A DNA stretch of 64,000 nt, from contig JAGFCB010000014.1 of assembly GCA_022394775.1 (NCBI GenBank), positions 7,715-71,714 on the forward strand, read 5' to 3'. The notes beneath the pieces were generated by a model, which made no database searches, was not told where the DNA came from, and was given only the letters and a program-made list of their open reading frames with translations. The stretch's first letter is position 1. Every line of letters begins with the position of its first letter. A program made the translations under genes and the position numbers. Source of the DNA: Candidatus Poribacteria bacterium (GTDB taxonomy: Bacteria; Poribacteria; WGA-4E; WGA-3G). Below, one piece after another: positions 19,754-30,440 of this stretch.

Positions 19754-22111
19754 ATGCGTGATATCACCTGCAAAAGCTGGTGGCTAAATTGGAAATCATT
19801 GCTGGTATTCCTACCCACCCTAAATTTAGCCACCGAGGCTTTTGCCCAAACAGATCCTCGTCCAGATGTACCTCCGATATGGTGGATTGCCCCTATCGGC
19901 GCGCTTATCGCTTTGGCGTTTGCTTACCATTTCTACCGCGCTGTGATGAAACAGGACGAGGGCAACGAAACAATGCGCGATATAGCACAATCCGTGCGCG
20001 AAGGTGCAATGGCATATCTCAGGCAACAATATAAAGTGGTAGGTATCGTCTTTGTTGTCCTCTGTCTCATCTTTATCTTTATGGCTTTCGTCCTCAAAGC
20101 CCAAAATGAGGTTGTCCCGTTCGCGTTCCTCACAGGCGGTTTTTTCTCAGGACTCTGCGGTTTTCTCGGCATGAAAACCGCTACCAACGCCTCTGCCCGT
20201 ACCACAAGTGCTGCCATGCAAGGACTCAACGCTGGCTTAAAGGTCTCATTCCGCGCTGGCGCTGTTATGGGGTTGATTGTTGTAGGATTCGCACTCCTTG
20301 ATATTACCGGATGGTTCCTCATTCTCTACTATTTATTCCCTAAAATGTTACCCGGATTTTTAGAAGTAAATCCCCTGCCACAGATTACTGTGATTATGCT
20401 CAGTTTTGGTATGGGCGCTTCAACGCAGGCACTCTTTGCCCGTGTCGGTGGCGGTATTTACACAAAAGCAGCAGATGTCGGGGCGGATCTCGTGGGGAAA
20501 GTCGAAGCGGGAATCCCGGAGGATGACCCTCGCAATCCTGCTGTAATCGCAGATAACGTCGGTGATAACGTCGGCGATGTCGCAGGCATGGGGGCTGACC
20601 TCTATGAATCTTACGCAGGCTCAATTCTCGCAACTGCTGCCCTCGGTGTTGCTGCTGTCGCTGCTAAAGACCACGCAGACGTTGCACTCCAACTTAAATA
20701 CCTTTCGGCGCCCATGATTATCGCTGGCATCGGCGTGATTCTCTCTATCTTGGGGATTTATCTTGTCCGAACAAAAGAGGGCGCATCAATGAAACAGTTG
20801 ATGGGTTCACTTAACTTCGGCATTAACGGTAGTGCTGCAGGCATTGCAGTCATATCACTTCCTGTGCTTATCTACCTCGATCTTCCGAACAAATGGCAGA
20901 TATGGGGGGCAATCGTCGCTGGACTCGTCGCAGGCTTGATCATCGGTAAAGTCACTGAAATCTTCACTTCTCACGATTATTCCCCGACACGTGCGATCGC
21001 CAAACAGGCACAAACCGGCCCCGCAACAGTCATCATTGAAGGAATCGCTGTCGGTATGGAATCAACGGCGATTCCTGTGGTGACGATCGTCGCTGCGGTT
21101 GCTGTCAGTTACTACCTCCCCGGGGGCGCATCCGAACCGCTGATGGGGCTTTACGGTGTCGGTATCGCTGCCGTCGGTATGCTCGCAACGCTCGGTATCA
21201 CGCTCGCCACAGATGCTTATGGACCCATCGCTGACAACGCGGGTGGGAACGCTGAAATGGCAAAACTCGATGAAAGTGTCCGTGAACGCACAGATCAGTT
21301 AGACGCGCTCGGTAATACGACTGCCGCAACCGGCAAAGGGTTCGCTATCGGCTCAGCAGCACTCACAGCACTCGCACTCCTTGCCGCCTACTTAGAAGAA
21401 ATCCGGTATGGCTTAATCCATTTGGCGGGCAAAGACACACTGGAGATTGAGGGCGAGGGCACGGTTGAGACGCTAAAGGTCTCCGTCAGCCAATTTATGG
21501 ATTACTATGATGTCACCCTGATGAACCCACAAGTGCTCATCGGATTGTTCATAGGGGCGGTAATGGCGTTCTATTTTTGTGCCTTGACAATGAAAGCTGT
21601 CGGACGTGCCGCTGGTGCTATGGTCGCAGAAGTCCGCCGCCAGTTTCAAGAGAAACCCGGTATTATGAAAGGTGAAGAGAAACCCGATTACGCACGATGC
21701 GTCGAGATCTCTACAGCTGGGGCGCAACGCGAAATGATTTTTCCATCGCTGATCGCTATTGTTGTACCTGTCGCTGTTGGGTTGATCTTTGATGTCGGTG
21801 GTGTGTTAGGACTGTTGGCTGGCGGCTTAGCAACTGGGTTTGTCCTCGCAATCATGATGGCAAATGCCGGTGGAGCTTGGGACAACGCCAAAAAGTTTAT
21901 TGAAGAAGAGAAACACGTTGATGAATACGGTGAAAAAGGATCTGAACAGCACAAAGCTACCATTGTTGGGGATACCGTCGGGGATCCTTTCAAAGATACT
22001 TCCGGTCCCTCGCTTAACATCCTGATTAAGTTGATGTCTATGGTGTCTGTCGTGTTTGCCGGACTCATCGCAAAATACGGTGGGCTGCTTAGCAGTTGGC
22101 TCGGTATGTAG
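19754..22111 (+). CDS. hppA: Membrane-bound proton-translocating pyrophosphatase (V-type H+-PPase)
   Basis: IADNVGDNVGDVAGMGADL; DTVGDPFKDTSGPSLNILIKLM; multi-pass membrane protein. Confidence 0.95.
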   Translation: MRDITCKSWWLNWKSLLVFLPTLNLATEAFAQTDPRPDVPPIWWIAPIGALIALAFAYHFYRAVMKQDEGNETMRDIAQSVREGAMAYLRQQYKVVGIVFVVLCLIFIFMAFVLKAQNEVVPFAFLTGGFFSGLCGFLGMKTATNASARTTSAAMQGLNAGLKVSFRAGAVMGLIVVGFALLDITGWFLILYYLFPKMLPGFLEVNPLPQITVIMLSFGMGASTQALFARVGGGIYTKAADVGADLVGKVEAGIPEDDPRNPAVIADNVGDNVGDVAGMGADLYESYAGSILATAALGVAAVAAKDHADVALQLKYLSAPMIIAGIGVILSILGIYLVRTKEGASMKQLMGSLNFGINGSAAGIAVISLPVLIYLDLPNKWQIWGAIVAGLVAGLIIGKVTEIFTSHDYSPTRAIAKQAQTGPATVIIEGIAVGMESTAIPVVTIVAAVAVSYYLPGGASEPLMGLYGVGIAAVGMLATLGITLATDAYGPIADNAGGNAEMAKLDESVRERTDQLDALGNTTAATGKGFAIGSAALTALALLAAYLEEIRYGLIHLAGKDTLEIEGEGTVETLKVSVSQFMDYYDVTLMNPQVLIGLFIGAVMAFYFCALTMKAVGRAAGAMVAEVRRQFQEKPGIMKGEEKPDYARCVEISTAGAQREMIFPSLIAIVVPVAVGLIFDVGGVLGLLAGGLATGFVLAIMMANAGGAWDNAKKFIEEEKHVDEYGEKGSEQHKATIVGDTVGDPFKDTSGPSLNILIKLMSMVSVVFAGLIAKYGGLLSSWLGM

Positions 22112-22127
22112 TGATTGGTGCATCAAA

Positions 22128-22655
22128 ATGGAGATGAACATGAAAATAAAAAACGTCATTATATATGCCTTGGGTGTATCTATCTTTTTCATCGGATGTC
22201 AACAGTTAGACAACCAGGTGAAGATAGGACTCGATGATCCTGTATCTGTTTCTGTGGATGACGTTAATCCAGACGAAATATTTTACACAGGCACTGTTTT
22301 CATTGGCGACGCCGGAAATAGGTTCGGAACCGACGAATATGCCTTAAATTCCGCTACTATCACAGACGATACACTGAATATCAGTGTATCCTACAGCGGT
22401 GGATGTGAAGAACATCAATTCACACTCGTTGCTTCGGATGCGTTTCTCGAATCATTCCCCGTTCAACTGTCCGCTTCTCTCGCACACAATGCTAACGGCG
22501 ACACATGCGAAGCCTATCCAACGGAAAACTATCGTTTCGATCTTACGCCAATCAAGACAATGTATCAAGAGGCTTACCGACAGGAAGCTGGCACCGTCGT
22601 TTTACAACTCAAAGATGCACCAGATGGGGAACTGGTCTACGAATTTACAATGTAA
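22128..22655 (+). CDS. Hypothetical lipoprotein
   Basis: MEMNMKIKNVIIYALGVSIFFIGC lipobox signal. The 22056 start in the ORF track overlaps the hppA 3' end. Confidence 0.5.
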   Translation: MEMNMKIKNVIIYALGVSIFFIGCQQLDNQVKIGLDDPVSVSVDDVNPDEIFYTGTVFIGDAGNRFGTDEYALNSATITDDTLNISVSYSGGCEEHQFTLVASDAFLESFPVQLSASLAHNANGDTCEAYPTENYRFDLTPIKTMYQEAYRQEAGTVVLQLKDAPDGELVYEFTM

Positions 22656-22658
22656 TAG

Positions 22659-22748
22659 AACTTACGCATCCCCATTGCTGGCGGGGTTTGAAACCCCGCC
22701 AGCAGTGCGTAATACATAGGTTATCGTAGAAAGATGCGTAAGTTCTGG
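22659..22748. repeat. MITE/REP-like element, second core type: degenerate TIRs CTTACGCATCC / GATGCGTAAGTTC around the palindrome CTGGCGGGGTTTGAAACCCCGCCAG
   Basis: Perfect 11-bp stem palindrome at 22677-22701. Same architecture as the element at 61749-61843. Confidence 0.65.
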
Positions 22749-22841
22749 GAACTGCGATCTCTAAATTTCGGCGTTGTCGGGAAACCGGTTTTCCATGCCT
22801 CCGCCTTCTGCTTGTTTGCTAATTTGTAGGAGAAAAAAGAA

Positions 22842-24521
22842 ATGTCCAATAAGTTGAAACCCCGAAGTTATGCGATCACCGACGGACCCGACCGCGCCGC
22901 TGCTCGGACAATGCTCATGTTCGGCGATGGCGGGCTTTCACCTGAAGACCTTGACAAACCAATTATCGGGGTTGCCAATACATGGATTGAAATCGGTCCC
23001 TGTAACTTCCACTTAAGAAGACTTGCTGCCAAAGTCAAAGAAGGCATCCGTGCTGCAGGTGGAACGCCTCTTGAATTCAATACTGTCAGCATCTCTGATG
23101 GTATCACTATGGGCACCGAGGGCATGAAAACCTCGCTAATCAGCCGAGAGATCATCGCCGATTCGATTGAGTTGGTTTCCATCGGTAACATGTTTGATGC
23201 TGTCGTTGCCCTCTGTGGATGCGACAAGACCGTCCCCGGTACCGTCATGGCATTGGCACGGTTAGATATTCCGTCTCTTACGCTTTACGGTGGTTCAATC
23301 ATGCCGGGCAACTTTCAAGGACGCGATGTCACGATCCAAGATGTATTTGAAGCAGTCGGACAGCACGCTGAAGGTACAATAACGGTCGAGGAACTTGATG
23401 ACCTCATTAGCAAAGGGTGTCCGGGCCCCGGGGCATGCGGTGGACAATTTACCGCCAACACCATGGCAACAGCCGTTGAAATGTTAGGTATCGCTCCGAT
23501 GGGAAGTGGTAGCGTTCCGGCTGTCGTGGAAGAAAAGGACGATGAGGCATACAAAGCCGGACAACTCGTCATGGATATGCTTGCTGCTGACCGACGACCG
23601 AGCCAAATTATTACCCGTAAGTCGCTTGAGAACGCGATTACCTCTGTCGCCGCTACCGGTGGCTCTACCAACGGCGTTCTGCATCTCCTCGCTATCGCAC
23701 ACGAAGCACAGGTCCCGATAACAATTGAGGATTTCCACACGATTAGCCAGAGAACACCAGTCCTTGCTGATCTTAAACCCGGTGGTCAGTTTGTTGCCAA
23801 CGACCTTTATGAGGCGGGCGGCATCCCGTTCTTGGCAAAACGCTTGGCAGAAGCTGGACTGCTCCATACCGACGAACTCACTGTCACAGGCAATACCATC
23901 GGTGAAGAGGCAAATGCAGCCGTTGAGACAGATGGGCAAAAGGTCGTCAGACCCGTAGATTTACCGCTCAAACCGACCGGCGGATTTGCGATCTTGAGGG
24001 GTAATCTCTCACCAGAAGGTTGTGTCATCAAGTTAGCAGGACAGGAAAAAACGCTCCATCGCGGTCCCGCACGGATCTTTGAACGTGAGGAAGACACCTT
24101 CGCCGCCATTAAGGACGGCGAGATTAAACCGGGTGATGTTGTCGTTATCCGTTATGAGGGACCCACCGGTGGTCCCGGTATGCGTGAGATGTTAGGTGTA
24201 ACGGCAGCACTCGTCGGCGCGGGTTTAAGTGAGGATGTCGCGCTCTTGACCGACGGTAGATTCTCTGGGGCAACGCACGGCTTCATGATCTGTCACGTCG
24301 CACCTGAAGCAGCTAGAGGCGGTCCCATCGCTATCCTCCAAGAAGGTGACGAAATCGTCATTGACGCAAAGGAACGAAAACTTGACGTTCAACTCTCCGA
24401 CGCTGAAATCCAAGCACGTTTTGAGCAGTGGACACCCCCTGAACCGCGTTATGCACGCGGTGTCATGGCGAAATATGCAAACGCCGTCTCCTCCGCCTCC
24501 GAAGGTGCTGTGACAGGATAA
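22842..24521 (+). CDS. ilvD: Dihydroxy-acid dehydratase
   Basis: CDKTVPG Fe-S ligand motif; IlvD/EDD family layout. Confidence 0.95.
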   Translation: MSNKLKPRSYAITDGPDRAAARTMLMFGDGGLSPEDLDKPIIGVANTWIEIGPCNFHLRRLAAKVKEGIRAAGGTPLEFNTVSISDGITMGTEGMKTSLISREIIADSIELVSIGNMFDAVVALCGCDKTVPGTVMALARLDIPSLTLYGGSIMPGNFQGRDVTIQDVFEAVGQHAEGTITVEELDDLISKGCPGPGACGGQFTANTMATAVEMLGIAPMGSGSVPAVVEEKDDEAYKAGQLVMDMLAADRRPSQIITRKSLENAITSVAATGGSTNGVLHLLAIAHEAQVPITIEDFHTISQRTPVLADLKPGGQFVANDLYEAGGIPFLAKRLAEAGLLHTDELTVTGNTIGEEANAAVETDGQKVVRPVDLPLKPTGGFAILRGNLSPEGCVIKLAGQEKTLHRGPARIFEREEDTFAAIKDGEIKPGDVVVIRYEGPTGGPGMREMLGVTAALVGAGLSEDVALLTDGRFSGATHGFMICHVAPEAARGGPIAILQEGDEIVIDAKERKLDVQLSDAEIQARFEQWTPPEPRYARGVMAKYANAVSSASEGAVTG

Positions 24522-24540
24522 ACACCATCTTTTTCTACAC

Positions 24541-24576
24541 GTAAGGGCAAGTTTTTACACTTGCCCTTTTCCTTTT
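24541..24576 (+). terminator. Intrinsic terminator AAGGGCAAGT-TTTTACA-CTTGCCCTTTTCCTTTTT
   Basis: GC stem followed by a T-run downstream of ilvD. Confidence 0.6.
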
Positions 24577-24652
24577 TACGCAGATTCGTTTTAGGTCTAT
24601 CCACTCCGAAAAACGCTTGTAAAATAGCCCTTAATTTGTTAGACTATATTTC

Positions 24653-25051
24653 ATGAGTGAACAGAGACCAATCATCCTCAACCAAGCAGAACTTGACTGG
24701 GAAACTTGGGACGACCCAGAACTCGCTGACAAAAGTCCAGTGCGTTGGAAAATTCTCATATCCGGTGAACGTGGACCCAGTAGTCAACTCTCTACTGGAA
24801 TAGCAGAGATGACTCCGGGGACATTGCTGCCGCTCCATCACCATGCCCCCACAGAGACATACTATGTCATCAGCGGTTCCGGGTATGTAACAGTGGACGA
24901 TCACGAAGCATCGCTCAGTCCAGGCGCGTCAGTCTTTATACCTTCTAACGCGAAACATTCGCTCCGTTGCACTGGCACTGAAAACCTTGTTTTTCTATTC
25001 ACTTTTGCAGCGGACCGATTCGATGAAATCGTCTATCATTTTGATGTGTAG
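24653..25051 (+). CDS. Cupin domain protein
   Basis: HHHAPTETYYVISGSGYV cupin motif 1. Confidence 0.65.
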   Translation: MSEQRPIILNQAELDWETWDDPELADKSPVRWKILISGERGPSSQLSTGIAEMTPGTLLPLHHHAPTETYYVISGSGYVTVDDHEASLSPGASVFIPSNAKHSLRCTGTENLVFLFTFAADRFDEIVYHFDV

Positions 25052-25087
25052 TATCAGTTGACAGCTCCACAAGGATAAGCTACCGAC

Positions 25088-26077
25088 ATGCCAACGTTAA
25101 AAACCACAGACACCAAACCTGTTATTTCCAATGCAGATGCCAGTCTAATAGACATCGGTGACGGTATTGCACGACTTGAACTGCACAGCAAACTGAACAT
25201 CATAGGCGATGAAATGCTGGAGATGTTTGATGCCGCGTTGGACGAGGTGGAAACCAATTACACAGGCATGGTTATCGCCACAGAGGCGAAACATTTTTCC
25301 GTAGGACTCAACATCGTCCTCCTGCTGGAGCGCGCGAAGAACCAAAATTGGGACGCGATTTCGACAACACTTCGCAAACTACAAGCCGTTTGTACAAGAT
25401 TCCGCACGGCATCAAAACCGGTCGTCGCAGCGACAGCAGGTATGGCACTCGGTGGTGGATGTGAAATCGCATTCGGTGCTGATGCAGTACAGGCTTACAC
25501 TGAAAGCAATCTCGGTCTCGTTGAACTCCGCGTCGGGCTTATTCCGGGCGGCGGTGGTACTAAGGAGATGGCATTTCGATGCTTGGAGGCGCAAACGTTG
25601 CCTGCACCGATTCAGAATCTATTTCCTTATGTGAATAAGGCTTTTGATACTATTCGCGAATCCACGGTTTCACAAAACGCTGTAGAGGCAGTAGAACTCG
25701 GTTATCTCCGACACACGGATGTGATCTCATCAGACCAAGAGACGCATCTTGAAGATGCCAAGCAACTTGTGCTCTCAATGCACAAGGCGGGGTATCACCC
25801 ACCCGAACCACAACAGATATTTGTGCTTGGCGAGGAAGGGATTGCTCGACTCAATCTACAAACACATCTACTCCGACAAGCGGGCACGATTGACCCTTAT
25901 ACACAGTCCCTCGCCGATAAGTTGGCTTATGTGCTTTGTGGCGGCAAACTTTCAACCCCGCAGTTCGTCACTGAACAATATCTACTTGACTTGGAGCATG
26001 AGGTGTTCCTCGGTCTTTGTGGCGAACCAGAAACGCACGCGAGGATAGAAGCGACGCTCCAGAGAGGGAAGAAATAA
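25088..26077 (+). CDS. Enoyl-CoA hydratase/isomerase family protein (FadB/FadJ N-terminal-like)
   Basis: Crotonase motif ATAGMALGGGCEIAFGADA...LGLVELRVGLIPGGGGT. Ends TAATG, overlapping the thiolase start. Confidence 0.7.
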   Translation: MPTLKTTDTKPVISNADASLIDIGDGIARLELHSKLNIIGDEMLEMFDAALDEVETNYTGMVIATEAKHFSVGLNIVLLLERAKNQNWDAISTTLRKLQAVCTRFRTASKPVVAATAGMALGGGCEIAFGADAVQAYTESNLGLVELRVGLIPGGGGTKEMAFRCLEAQTLPAPIQNLFPYVNKAFDTIRESTVSQNAVEAVELGYLRHTDVISSDQETHLEDAKQLVLSMHKAGYHPPEPQQIFVLGEEGIARLNLQTHLLRQAGTIDPYTQSLADKLAYVLCGGKLSTPQFVTEQYLLDLEHEVFLGLCGEPETHARIEATLQRGKK

Positions 26078-27276
26078 TGCAAACGACACCGAGTGTAGTG
26101 ATCGTATCCGCTGTGCGTACAGCCGTAGGAAGAGCAGGGAGAGGCACGCTGAAAAACACGCGTCCAGATGAACTCGCCGCCGCTGCGCTCAGTGGCACAG
26201 TTGAGCGACTTCCCCAACTGGATTTGGAGACGATAGACGATGTCGTCATCGGATGCGCGACACATGAGGGACCACAAGGATACAATGTCGCGCGTATTGC
26301 CAGTTTACGCGCAGGGTTTCCGGTTTCCGTGCCTGCACTTACAATCAATCGGTTCTGTGCATCCGGTTTAGAAACGATAGTGATGGGTGCTGAGCGCATT
26401 CTATCTGGACGTGCTGAAGTCGTTATAGCAGGCGGTGTGGAGAGTATGAGTCAGGTGCCGTTCGGTGCTAACCTCTCGCCGAACCCTACGCTCATAGAAC
26501 ACGCGCCCGATACCTATCTCGGCATGGGGTTGACTGCTGAAAATCTGGCGCGAAAATATAGTATCTCTCGCAGTGCGCAAGATGTGTACGCTTATGAAAG
26601 TCACTGCAAAGCAATAGAAGCGATTGATGCAGGCAAATTCCGGGAAGAGATTATGCCGTTGGCGATAGAGGAGACGCATCTCAACTCGGAAGATACACCT
26701 GAAACTATTCGTACCGTCTTTGATACAGATGAGGGACCGCGTCGAGACACTTCGCCGGAAGCGTTAGCAGATCTCAAGCCTGTTTTTCACGTAGATGGCA
26801 CAGTAACGGCTGGCAACGCCTCCCAGATGAGCGACGGTGCCGCTGCTGTTGTCCTTATGTCCGAGGCGCGAGCAAAAGCAGAGGGTTACGATCCATTGGC
26901 ACGTTTTGTTAGTTATGCGACAGCCGGTGTTCCTCCTGAAATTATGGGAATCGGACCCGTGCCAGCAATCCCGAAGGCACTCGCGGCGGCAGAGTTAACT
27001 TTAGATGATATTGATGTCATAGAACTTAACGAAGCGTTTGCTGTGCAAGCCCTCGCTGTGATTCACGAAGCGCAACTACCCTCCGAAAAGGTAAACGTCA
27101 ACGGTGGTGCTGTCGCGCTTGGACATCCGCTCGGTTGCACAGGCACAAAGCTTACAGTGAGTCTCATCAACGAAATGCACAGGCAAAATCATCGATACGG
27201 CATGGTAACGATGTGTGTCGGCGGAGGCATGGGTGCCGCCGGTATTTTTAGCCTTACACCAAGGAAGAAAAATTAA
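26077..27276 (+). CDS. Acetyl-CoA C-acyltransferase (thiolase)
   Basis: NRFCASGLE, GAVALGHPLGCTG, MCVGGGMG thiolase signatures. ATG at 26077; the ORF-track start at 26017 is a frame extension. Confidence 0.9.
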   Translation: MQTTPSVVIVSAVRTAVGRAGRGTLKNTRPDELAAAALSGTVERLPQLDLETIDDVVIGCATHEGPQGYNVARIASLRAGFPVSVPALTINRFCASGLETIVMGAERILSGRAEVVIAGGVESMSQVPFGANLSPNPTLIEHAPDTYLGMGLTAENLARKYSISRSAQDVYAYESHCKAIEAIDAGKFREEIMPLAIEETHLNSEDTPETIRTVFDTDEGPRRDTSPEALADLKPVFHVDGTVTAGNASQMSDGAAAVVLMSEARAKAEGYDPLARFVSYATAGVPPEIMGIGPVPAIPKALAAAELTLDDIDVIELNEAFAVQALAVIHEAQLPSEKVNVNGGAVALGHPLGCTGTKLTVSLINEMHRQNHRYGMVTMCVGGGMGAAGIFSLTPRKKN

Positions 27277-27381
27277 GATCCCAAAACAGAAGAATACAAT
27301 TACCCAAGCACTATACAGAATCACACTCAAAACCAGATTGACCAGTAAGGGCAATCTGCGCGGAGGTCCACAGTTAAAAAT

Positions 27382-28398
27382 ATGCAAACACATGTCTATC
27401 TCTCCATAGCCGGAGAAAACAGAATCGCCATTTACACATTTGATGCTACTAACGGCGGCATAGAACTTCAGGAAAATATTAACGTCAGCGGATCTCCAGG
27501 TCCGTTAGCACTTTCACCCTGTGGGAACTACTTATATGCCGGACTGCGATCAAGTCGCGAAATCGCCAGTTTCCGCATTGATGAGGAGACAAAACACCTT
27601 TCACTCTTGCGGACAGCCCAACTCGATGCGGATACGTGTTATGTCGCAACGGACAAGACAGGAAATTTCCTACTCTCCGCCTATTACGGCGCGGGCAAAG
27701 TTACCGTTCACAGGATCGGCGACGATAAAACCGTTCAAGGCGATCCGCTTCAAACTGTCGAAACCGATATACACGCGCACTGTGTTGAGACGGACGCCTC
27801 AAACCGATACGCCTTTGTCCCACATACTGTCCCGCGAAACGCTATCTATCAGTTTCATTTTGATGAGCGGACAGGTAAACTTACACAGAATATCGTAGGA
27901 AATCTCAATCCGGGGGCACCGATCGGACCCCGGCACTTCTGTTTCCACCCAAGCAAACCGATCCTCTATTTCTCAAACGAAAATGGATCGAGTGTCTCAG
28001 CCTACACGCTTGAAGAAGAAGGTGAGCATCCCGGAATCTTAGCAGACCTACAGGAAGACCTCTCTACCCTCCCCGCAGATTTTGAAGACGATAACACCTG
28101 CGCACAGATTCACATTGATCCACAGGGGCAATTTCTCTACGTCTCCAATCGCGGACACGATAGTATCGCAGGATTTGCTGTTGACGAAGAAAGCGGGAAA
28201 CTCAGTGCTATTGGGCAGCAGCTAACCGAACCGATACCCCGCGTCTTCAACATTGATGGGGCTGGCAATTTTCTCTTTGCGGGGGGGCAAGGTTCTGGCA
28301 GGCTTGCGACTTACCGCATCAATCGGCAGAATGGCGAATTATTACCGCTTGCTACATACACAGTCGGTGAAAGCCCGATGTGGGTGCTTTTTATCTAA
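27382..28398 (+). CDS. Lactonase, 7-bladed beta-propeller (6-phosphogluconolactonase/3-carboxymuconate cyclase-like)
   Basis: N-terminus VYLSIAGENRIAIYTFD...GPLALSPCGNYLYAG is typical of PF10282. Confidence 0.65.
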   Translation: MQTHVYLSIAGENRIAIYTFDATNGGIELQENINVSGSPGPLALSPCGNYLYAGLRSSREIASFRIDEETKHLSLLRTAQLDADTCYVATDKTGNFLLSAYYGAGKVTVHRIGDDKTVQGDPLQTVETDIHAHCVETDASNRYAFVPHTVPRNAIYQFHFDERTGKLTQNIVGNLNPGAPIGPRHFCFHPSKPILYFSNENGSSVSAYTLEEEGEHPGILADLQEDLSTLPADFEDDNTCAQIHIDPQGQFLYVSNRGHDSIAGFAVDEESGKLSAIGQQLTEPIPRVFNIDGAGNFLFAGGQGSGRLATYRINRQNGELLPLATYTVGESPMWVLFI

Positions 28399-28409
28399 TA
28401 AGAGGAAAA

Positions 28410-29027
28410 ATGGCACATCGCGGTACGTTTATTACATTTGAAGGTGTGGAAGGGGCGGGTAAAACCACACAAGTTCAACGGTTGGCAGCCGCTCTCGGTC
28501 CAGACGTAGTCCTCACCCGTGAACCGGGGGGCACGCCTGTTTCAGAGCGGATCCGCGACATCTTTCTGACATCCGACAGGATAACAACGATGACAGAGTT
28601 GTTGTTGATTGCTGCTGCACGCGCACAACACGTAGACGAGCGTATACGTCCCGCATTGGCAGCAAATCAGATTGTTATCTGTGACAGATTTATTGATGCG
28701 ACCGTGGCGTATCAAGGCTATCGTGGTGGTATTGATCTTGAGATTATCCATCAATTGAATCATATTGCTACGGGCGGTTTGACCCCGGATATCACCTTTA
28801 TCCTTGACCTACCCCCAGAGATCGGTTTGCAACGTCAACAACAAAGCGAGGCACACCGCGACCGTTTGGATAAAGAACCGTTGGAATTCCATCGTAAAGT
28901 TCGTGAGGGATACTTGTCCGTTGTGGAAGCAGAACCGCAGCGCGTTAAACTAATAGACGCAACGCAGTCGCCTGATGCTGTCCACACCGCGATCTTAACC
29001 GAATATCAGGTGCACCTATCAAAATAG
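28410..29027 (+). CDS. tmk: Thymidylate kinase
   Basis: FITFEGVEGAGKTTQ P-loop. RBS AAGAGGAAAA. Confidence 0.9.
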   Translation: MAHRGTFITFEGVEGAGKTTQVQRLAAALGPDVVLTREPGGTPVSERIRDIFLTSDRITTMTELLLIAAARAQHVDERIRPALAANQIVICDRFIDATVAYQGYRGGIDLEIIHQLNHIATGGLTPDITFILDLPPEIGLQRQQQSEAHRDRLDKEPLEFHRKVREGYLSVVEAEPQRVKLIDATQSPDAVHTAILTEYQVHLSK

Positions 29028-29154
29028 ATAGGACTTACGCATTTCCTCTTAAAGTCCCCCTGATAAGGGGCGGTGAATGCCCATAAGGCATTCATACCGT
29101 TGATTCTTTAGGGGGTTTGAAACATTGAAATTACTGCTTTTGCGTAAGTCCTAA
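29028..29154. repeat. MITE/REP-like element with intact TIRs (ATAGGACTTACGCA ... TGCGTAAGTCCTAA) and the core CCCCTGATAAGGGG..TTAGGGGGTT, interrupted by a palindromic insert GTGAATGCCCATAAGGCATTCAT
   Basis: Starts exactly at the tmk stop codon. TIRs at 29028-29041 and 29141-29154. Confidence 0.75.
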
Positions 29155-29178
29155 TAGAAGCACCTCTTGGAAGAAAAA

Positions 29179-30135
29179 ATGCAAAATCCAATCATCGGGC
29201 ATCAACAGATTGTTGAGCAACTCCAGCATACCGTGGCATCAGACCGTATCGCTGGCGCATATCTTTTCGTCGGACCAACAGGTGTTGGAAAAGAGACTGT
29301 CGCACGCTATTTCGCACAACTCATCTTCTGTGAGCAAGAGGCGCAGCCTCCCATTGTATGCGGCGAGTGTCTCGCTTGCCGCAAGGTGGATTCTGGAAAT
29401 CACCCAGATTTACAGTTTATCCGACCTGAAGGCAGCCTACTGAAAATTGGACAAATTCGGGAATTACAAAAACAGATTATTTATGAACCCCTTGAAGCAC
29501 ACCGGAAGGTCTACATCTTGACGGATGTCGAGCGGATGAACGCAGAGGCAGAAAATTGTTTACTTAAGACCCTTGAGGAACCACCTGCATCCTCCGTTTT
29601 AATCCTACTGACATCAAACATCCGGGCATTGCTACCAACCACGCGTTCCCGATGCCAAATTCTGCAATTCCATCCGATGCCGACACAGGAATTAACCGAA
29701 ATCTTGGTGGAAAGGTTTTCAGTGGCGCCGGAGCAAGCGACGACACTCGCCATTACTGCCGACGGCGCGATCGGAAAAGCACTCACGCAACTTGAAAAAG
29801 GTGATACATTTGCAGAAGAAGTCCCCGAAATCCTCAAGACAACGGATCGATTAGCTGCTTTCAGACTCGCCGAGCATTTCAAAGATAATCCTGATACTTT
29901 AGGCGAGTTAGTCACATGGTATCGCGATTTACTCTTCTTACAACAAGGCGCGCCCAATGACCTCATAACACACATCCACTCTCTTAGGGAACTCCAATCT
30001 ATTGTCCCGCGCTACTCTCGGTTACGTCTACAACAAGCCATCCAGACGGTATTTGACACCAAATCCCTCATCGAAAACACAAACACAAACGCCACCTTAG
30101 CCTTAGAGGTCATGTGTTTGAAGTTACTCAAATAG
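29179..30135 (+). CDS. holB: DNA polymerase III subunit delta-prime
   Basis: LFVGPTGVGKETVARYFAQ Walker A; Zn module CGECLACRKV...NHPD; tmk-holB synteny. The ORF-track start at 29167 is a TTG. Confidence 0.85.
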   Translation: MQNPIIGHQQIVEQLQHTVASDRIAGAYLFVGPTGVGKETVARYFAQLIFCEQEAQPPIVCGECLACRKVDSGNHPDLQFIRPEGSLLKIGQIRELQKQIIYEPLEAHRKVYILTDVERMNAEAENCLLKTLEEPPASSVLILLTSNIRALLPTTRSRCQILQFHPMPTQELTEILVERFSVAPEQATTLAITADGAIGKALTQLEKGDTFAEEVPEILKTTDRLAAFRLAEHFKDNPDTLGELVTWYRDLLFLQQGAPNDLITHIHSLRELQSIVPRYSRLRLQQAIQTVFDTKSLIENTNTNATLALEVMCLKLLK

Positions 30136-30358
30136 ATGTTATCTCCCCTTTGACAGCCAACTACTGACCGCTGATTGCTGATGGCTGATAGCCGAGCAGG
30201 ACTATTTAGTTTTCGGCTTTGATTTTGATTTTGGTTTATGTAAGTTGACGTTTTCTTATCGAAGATCGCGAGCACAGCTCGCTCCTACAGAAGATAAGAT
30301 AGTCACATATAAAGTGAATATGTAAAACTAAATAGCCCTGGATAGCCGAGAAACAGAG

Positions 30359-30387
30359 ATTGACAAACGGATTTCCTCGTGGTATAA
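30359..30387 (+). promoter_or_regulatory. Consensus sigma70-like promoter TTGACA, 17 nt spacer, TATAAT upstream of metG
   Basis: Perfect hexamers with a 17-nt spacer. Confidence 0.55.
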
Positions 30388-30440
30388 TTCTTACCAAATT
30401 AGTCAATACTGCCTGAACTGGAGTCCCGAAAAGGAATATA

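Noticed and set aside
19513-19761. 82-aa Lys-rich ORF spanning the folC 3' end and the hppA leader
   Set aside because: Its translation is dominated by the A-rich conserved leader repeats ([12 protein letters not shown]), so it is an artefact of the repeat.
26880-26910. Sigma54-like TGGCACG-N4 motif
   Set aside because: The downstream element is GTTA rather than TTGC, and the site is inside the thiolase coding region.
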